Source: an uncultured Opitutales bacterium (GTDB lineage: Bacteria > Verrucomicrobiota > Verrucomicrobiia > Opitutales > UBA9783). Taken from it: a stretch of DNA of 32,000 nt. Where the stretch lies: positions 600,001 to 632,000 of the forward strand of contig CAKUSQ010000001.1 of NCBI GenBank assembly GCA_934691225.1. Reading direction: 5' to 3'. Below are positions 17,794 through 26,415 of the stretch, piece after piece (the stretch's first letter is position 1; each line of letters begins with the position of its first letter). A program made the position numbers and the translations under genes. The notes under the pieces were generated by a model. It saw only the letters and a program-made list of their open reading frames with translations, was not told where the DNA came from and did no database searches.

Positions 17794-18278
17794 AGAGAGC
17801 ATTTACATTATTTGAATTGATCTTTGTTTTAGCTATTATGGCTATATTAGCACAGATAGGAGGTGTCTTTTTAAATCATTACCGTGAAGATGTTTGTGCC
17901 AAAAATATTGTCGAGTACGTTAAAATTTGTGAATCCGCTTTGAGAATGTATTGGGCGGATAATCAAGGTGTTTTCCCATCTGATTTGATTGCAGATCAAC
18001 CATTTGATGAAATTACAGCGTTAAAATCTTATTTGCCTGATAATTTTAAGTGTAAAAACTTTGTTAAGACAAATCTTTGTGATGGAATTGTGCTGTTGTA
18101 TGACAATGCGAGTTTAGGTATTAAAATTTCTCTAAATTCAGGTCGTTTGACGGATGCTGTTTATAAACAGTTGAAAAACAATTGTTTAGATGACCAATTA
18201 GATATTACCACGGAGAGTGAAAACGTTAAATATACGATAACATACGTATTGAAGCAGGATACGACGGTTTATTTTTAG
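17790..18278 (+). CDS. Prepilin-type N-terminal cleavage/methylation domain protein (pseudopilin/type IV pilin-like)
   Basis: Class III signal MKRA|FTLFELIFVLAIMAILAQIG with Glu at +5 and a hydrophobic alpha1 helix. Size is pilin-like (162 aa) with several Cys in the globular part. The ATG overlaps the MBL gene stop (ATGA). Confidence 0.65.
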   Translation: MKRAFTLFELIFVLAIMAILAQIGGVFLNHYREDVCAKNIVEYVKICESALRMYWADNQGVFPSDLIADQPFDEITALKSYLPDNFKCKNFVKTNLCDGIVLLYDNASLGIKISLNSGRLTDAVYKQLKNNCLDDQLDITTESENVKYTITYVLKQDTTVYF

Positions 18279-18359
18279 AGAAATTTTTGTTGAAAATAAG
18301 AATAATAGAGGCAATGATTGACAAATGCCTTTAAAAGCGTTTTTTATTATAGTAACCCT

Positions 18360-19604
18360 ATGAGAAGCGAGCTATTATCTGTCTTAGAATATATGGAAAA
18401 GGAAAAAGGAATCAGTCGTCAAAATATGATTGATTCTATTGCTGCTGCTGTTAGCAGCGCTGCCAAGAAGAGTTTGCATTCAGGGCAAGATGTACGTGTT
18501 GAAATTGATCCTAGAACAGGTGCATTAAGTGCATGGGCGCAGCTTAAAGTTGTGGATTCGGTGAGTGATTCTAACAATGAGATCCATATTGCGAAAGCAA
18601 AGCAGAGTAATCCTGATATTGCTTTAGGTGATATTTTTGAGCAAGAAATTGACCCTTCGTTTTTTGGTCGAATTGCAGCTCAGACAGCGCGTCAGATGAT
18701 TATGCACCAGATTCGTCGCTTCGAAAAGGAGCATATTTACGAGCAGTTTCAGGATCGTGTTGGTTCTATTATTTCAGGAATTGTTCGTTATCAAGAAAAA
18801 GGGGATTTGATAATTGATTTTGGTAAAGCTGAGGGAACCCTTTACCGAAGAGAAGCTATTTGGAGCGATGATTATAGGCCAGGTGATCGTATTTGTTGCT
18901 TGTTGCAAGGTATTAAGACAACCCCGCGAGGCCCTGAGTTGGTTTTGACTAGAAGTCATGTTGATTTTGTGCGTCATTTGTTGGAATGCGAAGTGGTAGA
19001 GTTGACAGAGGGAACGGTTGTTATTAAGTCTATCGTTCGTGATCCTGGATTTCGTACTAAGATTTGTGTAGATACAATAGATTCGAAAGTTGATCCTGTA
19101 GGCGCATGCGTTGGATCGAGAGGTTCGCGCATAAAGAATGTTCTTAAAGAATTAGGACAGGAAAAAATTGATATTATGCGTTATTCCTCAGATTTGACTA
19201 CCTTATTAAAAGAAGTAGTTCGGCCTGCTGTACCGCAGTTAATCGCGATTGATGAAGCAAACCATGTGATCCGTTTTGAATTGGAAGAAAAAGATTTTGC
19301 TGTTTTTGTAGGAAGAAAAGGACAGAATTTACGTTTAACAGCTCGGTTGTTAGGTTGGGAATTGGAAGTTAAGCGTTTACAACGAGTGGAACTTGGTTTT
19401 GAGGAAAGAAAGGTTCATGCAATGCAGGTGCTTTCTCAGTTGCCATCCATTACGAGCGCTATTGCTGCTCATTTGGTGGAAATGGGAATTACCAGCTTGG
19501 AAGCTTTTGAAGGTGTTACAGAGAATGATTTGGTGAATGCAGGAGTTACGGAGGAAGAAGCTCGTTCGATCTTGCATGAAGCTCAACAAATCTTGAATAA
19601 ATAG
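18360..19604 (+). CDS. nusA: Transcription termination/antitermination factor NusA
   Basis: N-terminal LSVLEYMEKEKGISRQNMIDSIAAAV, an S1 domain (ISGIVRYQEKGDLIIDFGKAEG), and two KH domains (GACVGSRGSRIKNVLKELGQEKIDI; FVGRKGQNLRLTARLLGWELEV). Start set at ATG 18360 rather than the upstream TTG. Confidence 0.9.
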   Translation: MRSELLSVLEYMEKEKGISRQNMIDSIAAAVSSAAKKSLHSGQDVRVEIDPRTGALSAWAQLKVVDSVSDSNNEIHIAKAKQSNPDIALGDIFEQEIDPSFFGRIAAQTARQMIMHQIRRFEKEHIYEQFQDRVGSIISGIVRYQEKGDLIIDFGKAEGTLYRREAIWSDDYRPGDRICCLLQGIKTTPRGPELVLTRSHVDFVRHLLECEVVELTEGTVVIKSIVRDPGFRTKICVDTIDSKVDPVGACVGSRGSRIKNVLKELGQEKIDIMRYSSDLTTLLKEVVRPAVPQLIAIDEANHVIRFELEEKDFAVFVGRKGQNLRLTARLLGWELEVKRLQRVELGFEERKVHAMQVLSQLPSITSAIAAHLVEMGITSLEAFEGVTENDLVNAGVTEEEARSILHEAQQILNK

Positions 19605-19627
19605 TTATTTTGAAGTCGGCGTAAAAT

Positions 19628-21874
19628 ATGAGTGTTAGAATATATCAGTTGGCTCGTCAGCTTAATATCGATAATAAACAGGTGATGGACCTTTTAAAGA
19701 AAAAAGGAATGGATGTTAAAAGTCCTTCCAGTACGATTCCAAATGTTTATGCCGAAGAGTTTTTAAAAGAATTTCGGGCGAAATCACCAGAAAAAACCAC
19801 AGTTATTTCGACGAATGTCGTTTCTGTTGAAAAAGTAGAAACTAAAGTGGAACCGAAAGAACAACAAGTTGTAACGGAGCCTAAAAATGTTGCTCCTAAA
19901 ATACCTGTTAGACCGCTTGTTCAGATGCCGAAAGTTCAAATGCCAAAGCTGCCGCCTAAGCCAATGGTTACCTTGCCTAAGGTTAATCATTTGATTCCGC
20001 AGCCGCGCGTTATGATGGCTCCTAAGGTTCAAAGTATTCCTAGTTTACATCAACATAAGTTAGCCGAAGTTGCTGCACAAAAAATCGTAGAAACTAAACC
20101 ATTAACGATAAAACCGCCTATCGTTGTGCGTGAGTTTTCAACATTGCTGAATATTAAACCATTTCGTCTTATTTCTGAGTTAATGGAGCAGGGTATTTTT
20201 GCTTCGATGAATCAGACGATTGAAGAATCAGTAGCTCAAAAGATAGCGAGCAAGTACGGTATAGAATTGATTTTTAAGCATCGTGCAGCGCCCGTTGAAA
20301 ATTCTCAGAAAACAAAAGAAGAAATTACGCAACAAAAGGCTTTAGAGGAAAGTAAGTATTTGGAACCAAGGCCACCGATTGTGTGTATTTTAGGCCATGT
20401 AGATCACGGTAAGACAACCCTTTTAGATTACATTCGTAAGGCTCATGTTGCTGCAAAAGAAGCGGGTGGAATTACGCAACATGTGGGAGCGTACCAAGTG
20501 GATTTTGCAGGCAAAAAGATTACATTTTTAGATACGCCTGGGCATGCTGCTTTTTCAAAGATACGTCAACGCGGCGCAACGGTTACAGATATCGCTATTT
20601 TAGTGATTGCAGCCGATGATGGATTTATGCCGCAGACGGAGGAAGCGCTTAAATTTGCGCAAAAGGAAAATGTTCCTGTCATTGTGGCTATTAATAAGAT
20701 GGATGCTAAAGGTGCTAATGTCGACCGAATTAAGCAGCAAATGCAGAAGCATGGAATTGCACCTGAAGATTGGGGAGGCGATACGCTTTGTGCAGAAATT
20801 TCAGCTTTAAACGGTACAAATGTTCCTAATTTGTTGGAATTGGTGTTGGTACAAGCAGAAATGATGGAGTTGAAAGCTAACGCAAAAGGTGATGCTGAGG
20901 GTGTTATTATTGAATCGCGCGTTGAAGTAGGGCGTGGAGCGACTGCTACAGTAATTGTCAACAAAGGTACTTTGAAGCCAGGTGATGTGATTGTTTGTGG
21001 GCCATATTTTTGCAAAGTCCGTGCTTTGTTAAACGAAAATGGGGAAAAAATGAAGCAAGCTACCCCTGCGACACCGGTTCAAATTTTGGGTTGGTCAGGA
21101 GCCCCAGAAGCAGGTGCAAATTTCAAAGTTGTTAAGAACGAAAAAGAAGCGCGTCGTGAAGCTGAAGAGACGGAACGCCGATTGAAACAAGAAGCTTCCA
21201 ATGATTCTCACAAAGTGAAGAATATTGAAGACTTAATGGCTGCGATTAGTTCAAATGATAAGAAAGTTTTACGTGTTATTTTACGAGGCGATGTTCATGG
21301 TAGTGTTGAAGCGTTATCGGATTGTTTGAAAGATATCAATAGCCAAAAGGTGGATTTAGATATTATCGATGCGCAAGTTGGCCAGATCAGTTTGAATGAT
21401 ATTCATTTAGCACATGCAGCTAAAGCAGTGATTGTTGGGTTTAATACAAAGTTGGAAAATGGTGTTCAAGCAGCTGCAAAACATGATCAGATTCGAATTT
21501 TACAGCATAATATAATTTACGAGTTGATCGATCAAGTGAAGGATGCAATGCGTGAATTGTTGGATCCAGAATGGATTGAAAATAAATTGGGGTCTGCAGA
21601 AGTTCGTAAAGTGTTTGATCTTTCAAAACGCCAAATCGCGGGTTGTATGGTTATTGCAGGACGTGTTGTTAGAGATGCTTCTGCACGTTTAATGCGTGCT
21701 GGAAAAGTTTTAACAGATTCTAAAATACAGATGCTTAAGCGCTTTAAAGATGATGCTACCGAGGTAAAATCAGGTTACGAGTGTGGTATTGAGTTAAGCA
21801 ATGCATCTGTTCCTTATAAGGAAGGTGACATGATAGAGTGTTATGAGGTGGTTGCGAAACGTCCTGAATTGTGA
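19628..21874 (+). CDS. infB: Translation initiation factor IF-2
   Basis: GTPase motifs GHVDHGKTTLLD, DTPGHAAF and NKMD. Pro/Lys/Val-rich N-terminal linker. Lies in the canonical nusA-infB-rbfA order. Confidence 0.95.
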   Translation: MSVRIYQLARQLNIDNKQVMDLLKKKGMDVKSPSSTIPNVYAEEFLKEFRAKSPEKTTVISTNVVSVEKVETKVEPKEQQVVTEPKNVAPKIPVRPLVQMPKVQMPKLPPKPMVTLPKVNHLIPQPRVMMAPKVQSIPSLHQHKLAEVAAQKIVETKPLTIKPPIVVREFSTLLNIKPFRLISELMEQGIFASMNQTIEESVAQKIASKYGIELIFKHRAAPVENSQKTKEEITQQKALEESKYLEPRPPIVCILGHVDHGKTTLLDYIRKAHVAAKEAGGITQHVGAYQVDFAGKKITFLDTPGHAAFSKIRQRGATVTDIAILVIAADDGFMPQTEEALKFAQKENVPVIVAINKMDAKGANVDRIKQQMQKHGIAPEDWGGDTLCAEISALNGTNVPNLLELVLVQAEMMELKANAKGDAEGVIIESRVEVGRGATATVIVNKGTLKPGDVIVCGPYFCKVRALLNENGEKMKQATPATPVQILGWSGAPEAGANFKVVKNEKEARREAEETERRLKQEASNDSHKVKNIEDLMAAISSNDKKVLRVILRGDVHGSVEALSDCLKDINSQKVDLDIIDAQVGQISLNDIHLAHAAKAVIVGFNTKLENGVQAAAKHDQIRILQHNIIYELIDQVKDAMRELLDPEWIENKLGSAEVRKVFDLSKRQIAGCMVIAGRVVRDASARLMRAGKVLTDSKIQMLKRFKDDATEVKSGYECGIELSNASVPYKEGDMIECYEVVAKRPEL

Positions 21875-21876
21875 TT

Positions 21877-22245
21877 ATGGAAAGTTTTAGGGTTACACGT
21901 GTTAATGAGTTGTTGAAGCGTGCTATCAGCGATTATTTACACCGTCATTTTACAGCAGAATCGACAAGTATCACCATCACGCGTGTGAAAGTAACAGATG
22001 ATTTAAAGACCGCAGATGTTTATTTTTCAGTTTACAATTCTGAAGGGCGGAAAGCAGCGTTTCAATTCCTGAAGAAAATTCGTAATGTTGTTCAGTATGG
22101 TATCAGTAAAGAGATCCGTTTAAAGTTTACGCCGCAACTTTTTTTTGTTTGGGATGCATCTTTAGAAAAAGCGCATCGCACATTTGCTTTATTGAATGAA
22201 ATCGACGAAGAACTAGGTAAACCTTCAGAGGATGTTGAGATTTGA
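21877..22245 (+). CDS. rbfA: Ribosome-binding factor A
   Basis: RVNELLKRAIS..L, ITITRVKVTDDLKTADVYFSV, and LKFTPQLFFVWD, which matches the RbfA pattern (P.L.F..D). Located directly after infB. GTG 21871, overlapping the infB stop, is an alternative start. Confidence 0.85.
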   Translation: MESFRVTRVNELLKRAISDYLHRHFTAESTSITITRVKVTDDLKTADVYFSVYNSEGRKAAFQFLKKIRNVVQYGISKEIRLKFTPQLFFVWDASLEKAHRTFALLNEIDEELGKPSEDVEI

Positions 22246-22283
22246 TTTTCCATTGTTGTTTTTAGACGCGAATAGGTGAGTAA

Positions 22284-23687
22284 ATGCTAGAGAAGGAATT
22301 TTTATCGACATTTCCAGAATTTGAGCGTCAGTTTAACGGTTTTTCTGAAATAGAAAAAATTCGGTTTTTAAATTCATTTTCGAAAACATCCGAGGCTGAT
22401 TGGAAACGTTTTTTTTCACTTTTAAAAACATTATCAGTGCCAAAACAGACAGCTTCTGCAATATCTTGGCGAGTACCTCAGTGTTTTTCTGCCAATAACC
22501 TTGCAGCTAAAGGATATGATTTAGCTTTGTTACGTGAAGTTGGTTCCACTTGTTTTCGAAAAGGTGAAGTAGCTATGTTAACGGTGGCAGGAGGTTTAGG
22601 TACGCGTCTAAAATTTAATGGGCCTAAGGGATTGGTGCCTATAACACCTATAAAACATAAAACATTATTTCAGGTGTTTGCCGAAAAATTAAAAGCTTTG
22701 CAGGTGCTCTATAAACATCCTTTGCATTGGCTAATCATGACAAGTGAAGAGACAGATGTTGAAACGCGTCAAGCTTTTGAAAAGTATAAATGGTACGATT
22801 TAGCATACGTTCACTTTTTTAAGCAAGGAACTCTGCCTGCTTTCACGGAAGAAAATTTTTGTGCACTTAATTCGGATGGTACAGTGCATTATTGTCCTGA
22901 TGGACATGGAGGTGTTTTTAATGCCTTAGAAACGTCTGGATTGTTGAACGATTTAAAAACATGGGGGATTAAAACCGTAAGTTATTTTCAGGTGGATAAT
23001 CCATTGGTGTTTTTAGGAGATACGTTGTTCTTAGGATTGCATCAAATGCAGGGTTCTGAGTTTTCAACCAAAGTGGTTCCTAAACGTTCTGCGAATGAGC
23101 GTGTAGGTGTATTTGCGAACATAAATGGTAGACTTCAATTAGTGGAATACAGTGAGTTCCCTGAATATTTAGCGCAACAAAAAAATAAAGAAAATCAGTT
23201 GATGTTTCGTTGTGGTAACACAGCTATTCATTTATTATCGGTGGATTTTATTGAGCGATGTTTGACTGTGAAACTCCCTTGTCATGTTGTTAAAAAGACA
23301 ATGGATTTTTTGGATTCAGTAACGCAGCAAATATTCCCAAAACCGATCTATAAATTAGAACGTTTTATTTTTGATGCACTACCTTATGCAAGAAATACAT
23401 TGTTGTTTGAAATAGAGCGTGCTGAAGAATTCAGTCCTGTTAAAAATGCGGAGGGTGAAGATTCATTATTTACGTGTCAAAGAGATCAATGCCAACGTTG
23501 GTTGTGTTGGTTTCGAAAAAAAGTGGATAATGCGTTGCAAAAAGAGCTTGACGCTTTTGATTTTAAAAACAATAATCTCGTTCTAGAGATTAGTCCATTA
23601 TTTGCGGATGATTTCTATCGTTTTTCTGAGAGGTGGGATTGCTTAGAAAATAAACCGAATTATTTACAAGGATTGTTTTTAGAATAA
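22284..23687 (+). CDS. UDP-sugar pyrophosphorylase of the eukaryote-type UDPGP family (UAP1/USP-like)
   Basis: LTVAGGLGTRLKFNGPKGLVPI, KTLFQVFAEKLKALQ, CPDGHGGVF and YFQVDNPLV mirror the UAP1 blocks LAGGQGTRLG..PKG, APDGNGG and VDN.L. AGGTGAG lies about 4 nt upstream of the ATG. Confidence 0.8.
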   Translation: MLEKEFLSTFPEFERQFNGFSEIEKIRFLNSFSKTSEADWKRFFSLLKTLSVPKQTASAISWRVPQCFSANNLAAKGYDLALLREVGSTCFRKGEVAMLTVAGGLGTRLKFNGPKGLVPITPIKHKTLFQVFAEKLKALQVLYKHPLHWLIMTSEETDVETRQAFEKYKWYDLAYVHFFKQGTLPAFTEENFCALNSDGTVHYCPDGHGGVFNALETSGLLNDLKTWGIKTVSYFQVDNPLVFLGDTLFLGLHQMQGSEFSTKVVPKRSANERVGVFANINGRLQLVEYSEFPEYLAQQKNKENQLMFRCGNTAIHLLSVDFIERCLTVKLPCHVVKKTMDFLDSVTQQIFPKPIYKLERFIFDALPYARNTLLFEIERAEEFSPVKNAEGEDSLFTCQRDQCQRWLCWFRKKVDNALQKELDAFDFKNNNLVLEISPLFADDFYRFSERWDCLENKPNYLQGLFLE

Positions 23688-23689
23688 CA

Positions 23690-25648
23690 ATGGATGCTTT
23701 ATTAGAGAAGTTGAAAAATGCTGTACTTGCACATCAATTATTAGATTCTTCCTTTGATAATATCGTTAAGTTTTTGCGCATTGAACATTTGCCAAATTGG
23801 GTATTAGGAAGTTTGCGGGAATTGGTAGATAATCAGCAATGGAACGAACTGAATGATCGTTTTTTTAAACCCATTGAATTTGGTACTGCAGGGATGCGGG
23901 GGCGGTGTATTGGTCGCTATTCAACGTCAGATGAGAAAAAAGATGGGGCGTATGTTCAAGCGGCGATAGGTTCCACGTGCATGAACGATTTCAATGTAAT
24001 TATTGCCACTATAGGTTTATTTAATTACAGTAAATCTTATTTGGAATCGGTTTGTGAGTATCCTCGTCGTCCTAACATCGTTATTGCACATGATTCGCGT
24101 TATTTTTCTCGGCATTTTTGTGAGTTAGTAGCTTCTACTTGGGGTCAATTAGGCGGAGATGCTTACATTTTTGATGGTCCAAGATCCACACCACAGTTGA
24201 GTTTTTCGGTCCGTTATTTGCGAACAGTGGCAGGGGTTATGATTACAGCCAGTCACAATCCTTTTTTTGATAACGGTTATAAAGTCTATTTTAATGATGG
24301 TGCACAAATTAATGAAGTGCACGCAAATGGTATTACACGAAGTATTCATTCGGTGGATTGTTCTGGCATTGTAAAGTTTTTAGAAAAAGACTTTCGGTAT
24401 GTTTTGCACCTGTCACCATTGATTGATGAAGCTTATCTGGAATGTTGTCAGGATATTATTTTGGACAATAATTTGTTCCGTTCATTGAAAACAACAAAGG
24501 TTGTCTACACGCCTTTACATGGAACGGGGTCGGTTTGCATTTTGCCTTTGCTGAAGAGTTACGAATGGAATGTTTTTCCAGTTGAATCTCAAGTTAAAAT
24601 GGATGGTGGTTTCCCAACTGTTAAGTCACCAAATCCAGATAATAAAGAAACGTTAACGTTGGCTTTACAAGAAGCTGAACGTGTAGATGCTGATGGGATT
24701 ATCGCAACCGATCCGGATGGAGATCGAATGTCAGCTATGTTGAAAAATGCGCATGGAGAATGGTGTTTGTTGAATGGAAATACCATTGCGATATTATTAG
24801 CGGAGTATCGTTTGCAAACCATGCAACGGCTCGATATGTTACCCAAAAAGTTGGGAAATGTAGCTATTATCAAATCATTTGTAACTACACCTTTATTGAA
24901 ATCGTTTGCTGAAAAAAATGGTATGAAAATTGTGGAAACGCATACCGGATTTAAGTGGATAGGCGAAAAGTTGAACGATTATGAATCGGTTTTTGCAGAG
25001 CGTTTATTGCGTATAAAAGGATTAGCCTTGGATTATACGCGTTGTTCTTATAAAGCACGAAAAGAATTGATGTTAAAAAATGGAACATTTTTCTTTTTAG
25101 GAGCAGAAGAAAGTTGTGGTTTTTTGGCGAATGATGCAGTTCGGGATAAGGATGCAAATTCAGCTGCAATAATGTTTTGTGAATTTATGGCTTATTTGAA
25201 AGCTAAGGAACTTAGTTTTTCAGATTACTTAGATGAAATTTATTATAAATACGGCTATTTTAAAGAGGATTTGTTAAGTTTTACGTTTGAAGGAGCTGAT
25301 GGGTTAAAAACGATTAAACATTTGATGGCTTCTTATCGTCAGAATACGCCTAAGCGAATGAATGATGTTCGTGTACTGACATTTAACGATTTTTTAAAAC
25401 TAAACGCGTTAAAAGATGCGGATGGTAAAGTAATTCCATCCAGCAATTTTGTCGTTATTCGATTGTTGAATGGTTGCTCTGTGGCTATTCGTCCTAGTGG
25501 AACGGAGCCTAAACTAAAAATGTATTTGTTTGGGCAGGCGGATGTGGTTGAAGGTGATAGTTTAGCGTCTGTTAAGGAAATAGTGGATGAACGGTTGGAG
25601 TCTTTAAAAATTTGGCTGCGCAAAGATGTTGAAAATCGTACAGCATAA
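23690..25648 (+). CDS. Alpha-D-phosphohexomutase (PGM2/PgcA-type phosphoglucomutase/phosphomannomutase family)
   Basis: FGTAGMRG, catalytic-Ser loop ITASHNPFFDNGYKVY, metal loop ATDPDGDR, sugar loop GAEESCGF, and phosphate loop RPSGTEPKLKMY. It starts 2 nt after the upstream stop. Confidence 0.85.
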   Translation: MDALLEKLKNAVLAHQLLDSSFDNIVKFLRIEHLPNWVLGSLRELVDNQQWNELNDRFFKPIEFGTAGMRGRCIGRYSTSDEKKDGAYVQAAIGSTCMNDFNVIIATIGLFNYSKSYLESVCEYPRRPNIVIAHDSRYFSRHFCELVASTWGQLGGDAYIFDGPRSTPQLSFSVRYLRTVAGVMITASHNPFFDNGYKVYFNDGAQINEVHANGITRSIHSVDCSGIVKFLEKDFRYVLHLSPLIDEAYLECCQDIILDNNLFRSLKTTKVVYTPLHGTGSVCILPLLKSYEWNVFPVESQVKMDGGFPTVKSPNPDNKETLTLALQEAERVDADGIIATDPDGDRMSAMLKNAHGEWCLLNGNTIAILLAEYRLQTMQRLDMLPKKLGNVAIIKSFVTTPLLKSFAEKNGMKIVETHTGFKWIGEKLNDYESVFAERLLRIKGLALDYTRCSYKARKELMLKNGTFFFLGAEESCGFLANDAVRDKDANSAAIMFCEFMAYLKAKELSFSDYLDEIYYKYGYFKEDLLSFTFEGADGLKTIKHLMASYRQNTPKRMNDVRVLTFNDFLKLNALKDADGKVIPSSNFVVIRLLNGCSVAIRPSGTEPKLKMYLFGQADVVEGDSLASVKEIVDERLESLKIWLRKDVENRTA

Positions 25649-25700
25649 CTCTTCAAATACATGAATGGGTTTAAAATTTAACGGTAATTTTTTATAAAAC

Positions 25701-25729
25701 TTGCCTTGGTTAGAGTTATCTTGTATAAT
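25701..25729 (+). promoter_or_regulatory. Candidate sigma70-type promoter (TTGCCT-17 nt-TATAAT) heading the 25.7-28.7 kb cluster
   Basis: TTGCCT (25701-25706), a 17-nt spacer, then a perfect TATAAT (25724-25729). The -10 ends 8 nt before the ATG at 25738 and no Shine-Dalgarno sequence intervenes, which implies a leaderless or near-leaderless transcript. Confidence 0.35.
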
Positions 25730-25737
25730 ACTCTATT

Positions 25738-26391
25738 ATGGTTAGTTTACTGCTACTTCCGTTTAGAGGCCTATTATGGTTAGTTTTAGGTCTTATTTGT
25801 TCTTTACCGTGGTTGATTATTTTAGCACCACTTTCTCTTCCTTATTGGGTACCGAAAGCTTTGCCAGCGTGGGTTGAAAAAAAGACAGGTTTTGGTTGTT
25901 ATATAAGGGAAGCAGATATTGAATGGACTAAAGGAGAAATTACATTAAAAGATGTAGCTATTTTTAATCCGAATGATTTTTATTCATCTGATTTTTTAAA
26001 ATTTAAAAATATTCATATTTCAATTGATTTGCTATCTTTGTTAAAAAATGTTGTTCAGGTACAAACCTTGAATATGGATTGCACACAATTTGTTTCCATT
26101 AATCAGCGAGGAAATCATAATCTTCAGTTGTTTTGTGAACGTATAGGAGGAATTTGTTCAAAAAAAGGGTACGTTGTTCAAAAGTTTTCGTTTAATTTTC
26201 AAGGTTTATTAAGTTCACGTAATTATTCCCAACAAGTTGTATCTTCAGGAGCATTGTGTAAAAAGAACTTTTATTTTTCTAATGTTTGCTGGAATCTTTC
26301 CGATGTATATCAACAAACATTGAATTCAACGTGTTCATTAGAGGATGTTTATAATCGGTTGAATTCTTTGTTTACATATAGTATCAATTGA
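25738..26391 (+). CDS. Hypothetical N-terminally anchored membrane protein, possibly AsmA-N-terminal-like
   Basis: Hydrophobic N-terminus (LLLLPFRGLLWLVLGLICSLPWLIILAPL) followed by GFGCYIREADIEWTKGEITLKDVAIFNPNDFYSSDFLKFKNIHISIDLLSLLKNVVQVQTLNMD. This resembles the opening repeat pattern of AsmA-like proteins. The functional call is weak. Confidence 0.45.
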   Translation: MVSLLLLPFRGLLWLVLGLICSLPWLIILAPLSLPYWVPKALPAWVEKKTGFGCYIREADIEWTKGEITLKDVAIFNPNDFYSSDFLKFKNIHISIDLLSLLKNVVQVQTLNMDCTQFVSINQRGNHNLQLFCERIGGICSKKGYVVQKFSFNFQGLLSSRNYSQQVVSSGALCKKNFYFSNVCWNLSDVYQQTLNSTCSLEDVYNRLNSLFTYSIN

Positions 26392-26415
26392 AATAGAATT
26401 TAAAAGAGGGGTTTT

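Noticed and set aside
18318-18353. Perfect TTGACA (18318-18323) upstream of nusA as a promoter -35
   Set aside because: The nearest good -10-like hexamers (TATTAT at 18345, TATAGT at 18348) are 21 and 24 nt away. The hexamer at the 17-nt spacing (TTTTTA) is poor.
25649-25737. Search for a direct repeat of the tRNA-Tyr 3' end (att-like scar) at the left edge of the 25.7-28.7 kb islet
   Set aside because: No visible match to the tRNA 3' sequence (TGGTGGTGGGGGAGCGATTCGAA or its complement) and no integrase gene. Island mobility therefore remains unsupported and is stated only as a possibility.
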